Origin: a virus
Taxonomy: Duplodnaviria > Heunggongvirae > Uroviricota > Caudoviricetes
Length of the DNA: 6,054 nt
IMG/VR virus record: IMGVR_UViG_2724679236_000018
Span: 1-6,054 of that record
Reading direction: 5' to 3' (one strand)
Shown piece by piece: positions 5,908 to 6,054 of the stretch. Each line of letters starts with the position of its first letter. Position 1 is the first letter of the stretch. Below the pieces are notes generated by a model that ran no database searches, was not told the origin of the DNA, and saw only the letters and a program-made list of their open reading frames with translations. A program made the position numbers and the translations under genes.

Positions 5908-6054
5908 TCAGTCATTACTGATAGCGCCATAGCGTGAGCGGTAATTACGCAGGCGCGGGTCAATTTCAGGGAAGTGGGTATATGTGGCTTTGCGGAATGG
6001 TCGGATTGATGTCTGGTAAATTCGCTCGCGTTCTTCTTTCTCTGCAAGCCATAT
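5908..6054 (-). CDS. 3' end of a hypothetical gene whose start lies beyond the window (partial)
   Basis: A minus-strand frame is open from the window edge to a TGA at 5908-5910, giving ...IWLAEKEERERIYQTSIRPFRKATYTHFPEIDPRLRNYRSRYGAISND. The TGA abuts the SD of the next gene (TGAGGAATTAACAATG), a typical coupled arrangement. Not in the ORF track because it is truncated; no family recognised. Confidence 0.4.
   Translation of the reverse strand: MWLAEKEERERIYQTSIRPFRKATYTHFPEIDPRLRNYRSRYGAISND

Larger units (their letters stand above)
1331..6054. mobile_element. Left end of an integrated lambda-family prophage (attL, int, xis and early-left accessory genes); continues beyond the window
   Basis: attL core joined to host ybhC, followed by lambda-type int and xis and phage-type accessory genes (AntA-domain, DUF551-like, Ea22-like), all on the strand expected for leftward pL-direction transcription. 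Confidence 0.9.

Noticed and set aside
1-6054. Scan for CRISPR repeats, tRNA/rRNA genes and transposase or IS elements
   Set aside because: No regularly spaced short repeats, no cloverleaf-like conserved tRNA sequence, and no transposase-like ORF. The only repeat family is the two-copy 23-bp cassette.

Overview
This window is the left junction of a lambda-family prophage inserted at the E. coli lambda attachment site, followed by a non-lambda accessory region. All calls are by eye and from memory of lambda; no searches were run. Positions 1-1284 (minus strand) encode the host lipoprotein YbhC. A 15-bp lambda-type core (GCTTTTTTATACTAA, 1331-1345) joins a host B arm to a phage P' arm, i.e. attL. 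Next come int (1419-2486) and xis (2464-2682), both minus strand and matching lambda Int/Xis as I recall them. Just upstream of xis (about 2690) the lambda-like sequence ends. The remainder, all minus strand, holds: an AntA-domain antirepressor-like gene with its own terminator and a palindrome in its leader; a 340-bp non-coding gap; then a tightly packed chain of an Ea22-like protein, two small basic ORFs sharing a duplicated 23-bp start cassette, a DUF551-like protein and a small membrane protein; and further upstream a 96-aa hypothetical plus the 3' end of another gene. The most interesting candidate is the coupled DUF551-like/membrane-protein pair with the two small ORFs, which sits where lambda carries ea8.5. 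I see no rRNA, tRNA, CRISPR array or transposase.
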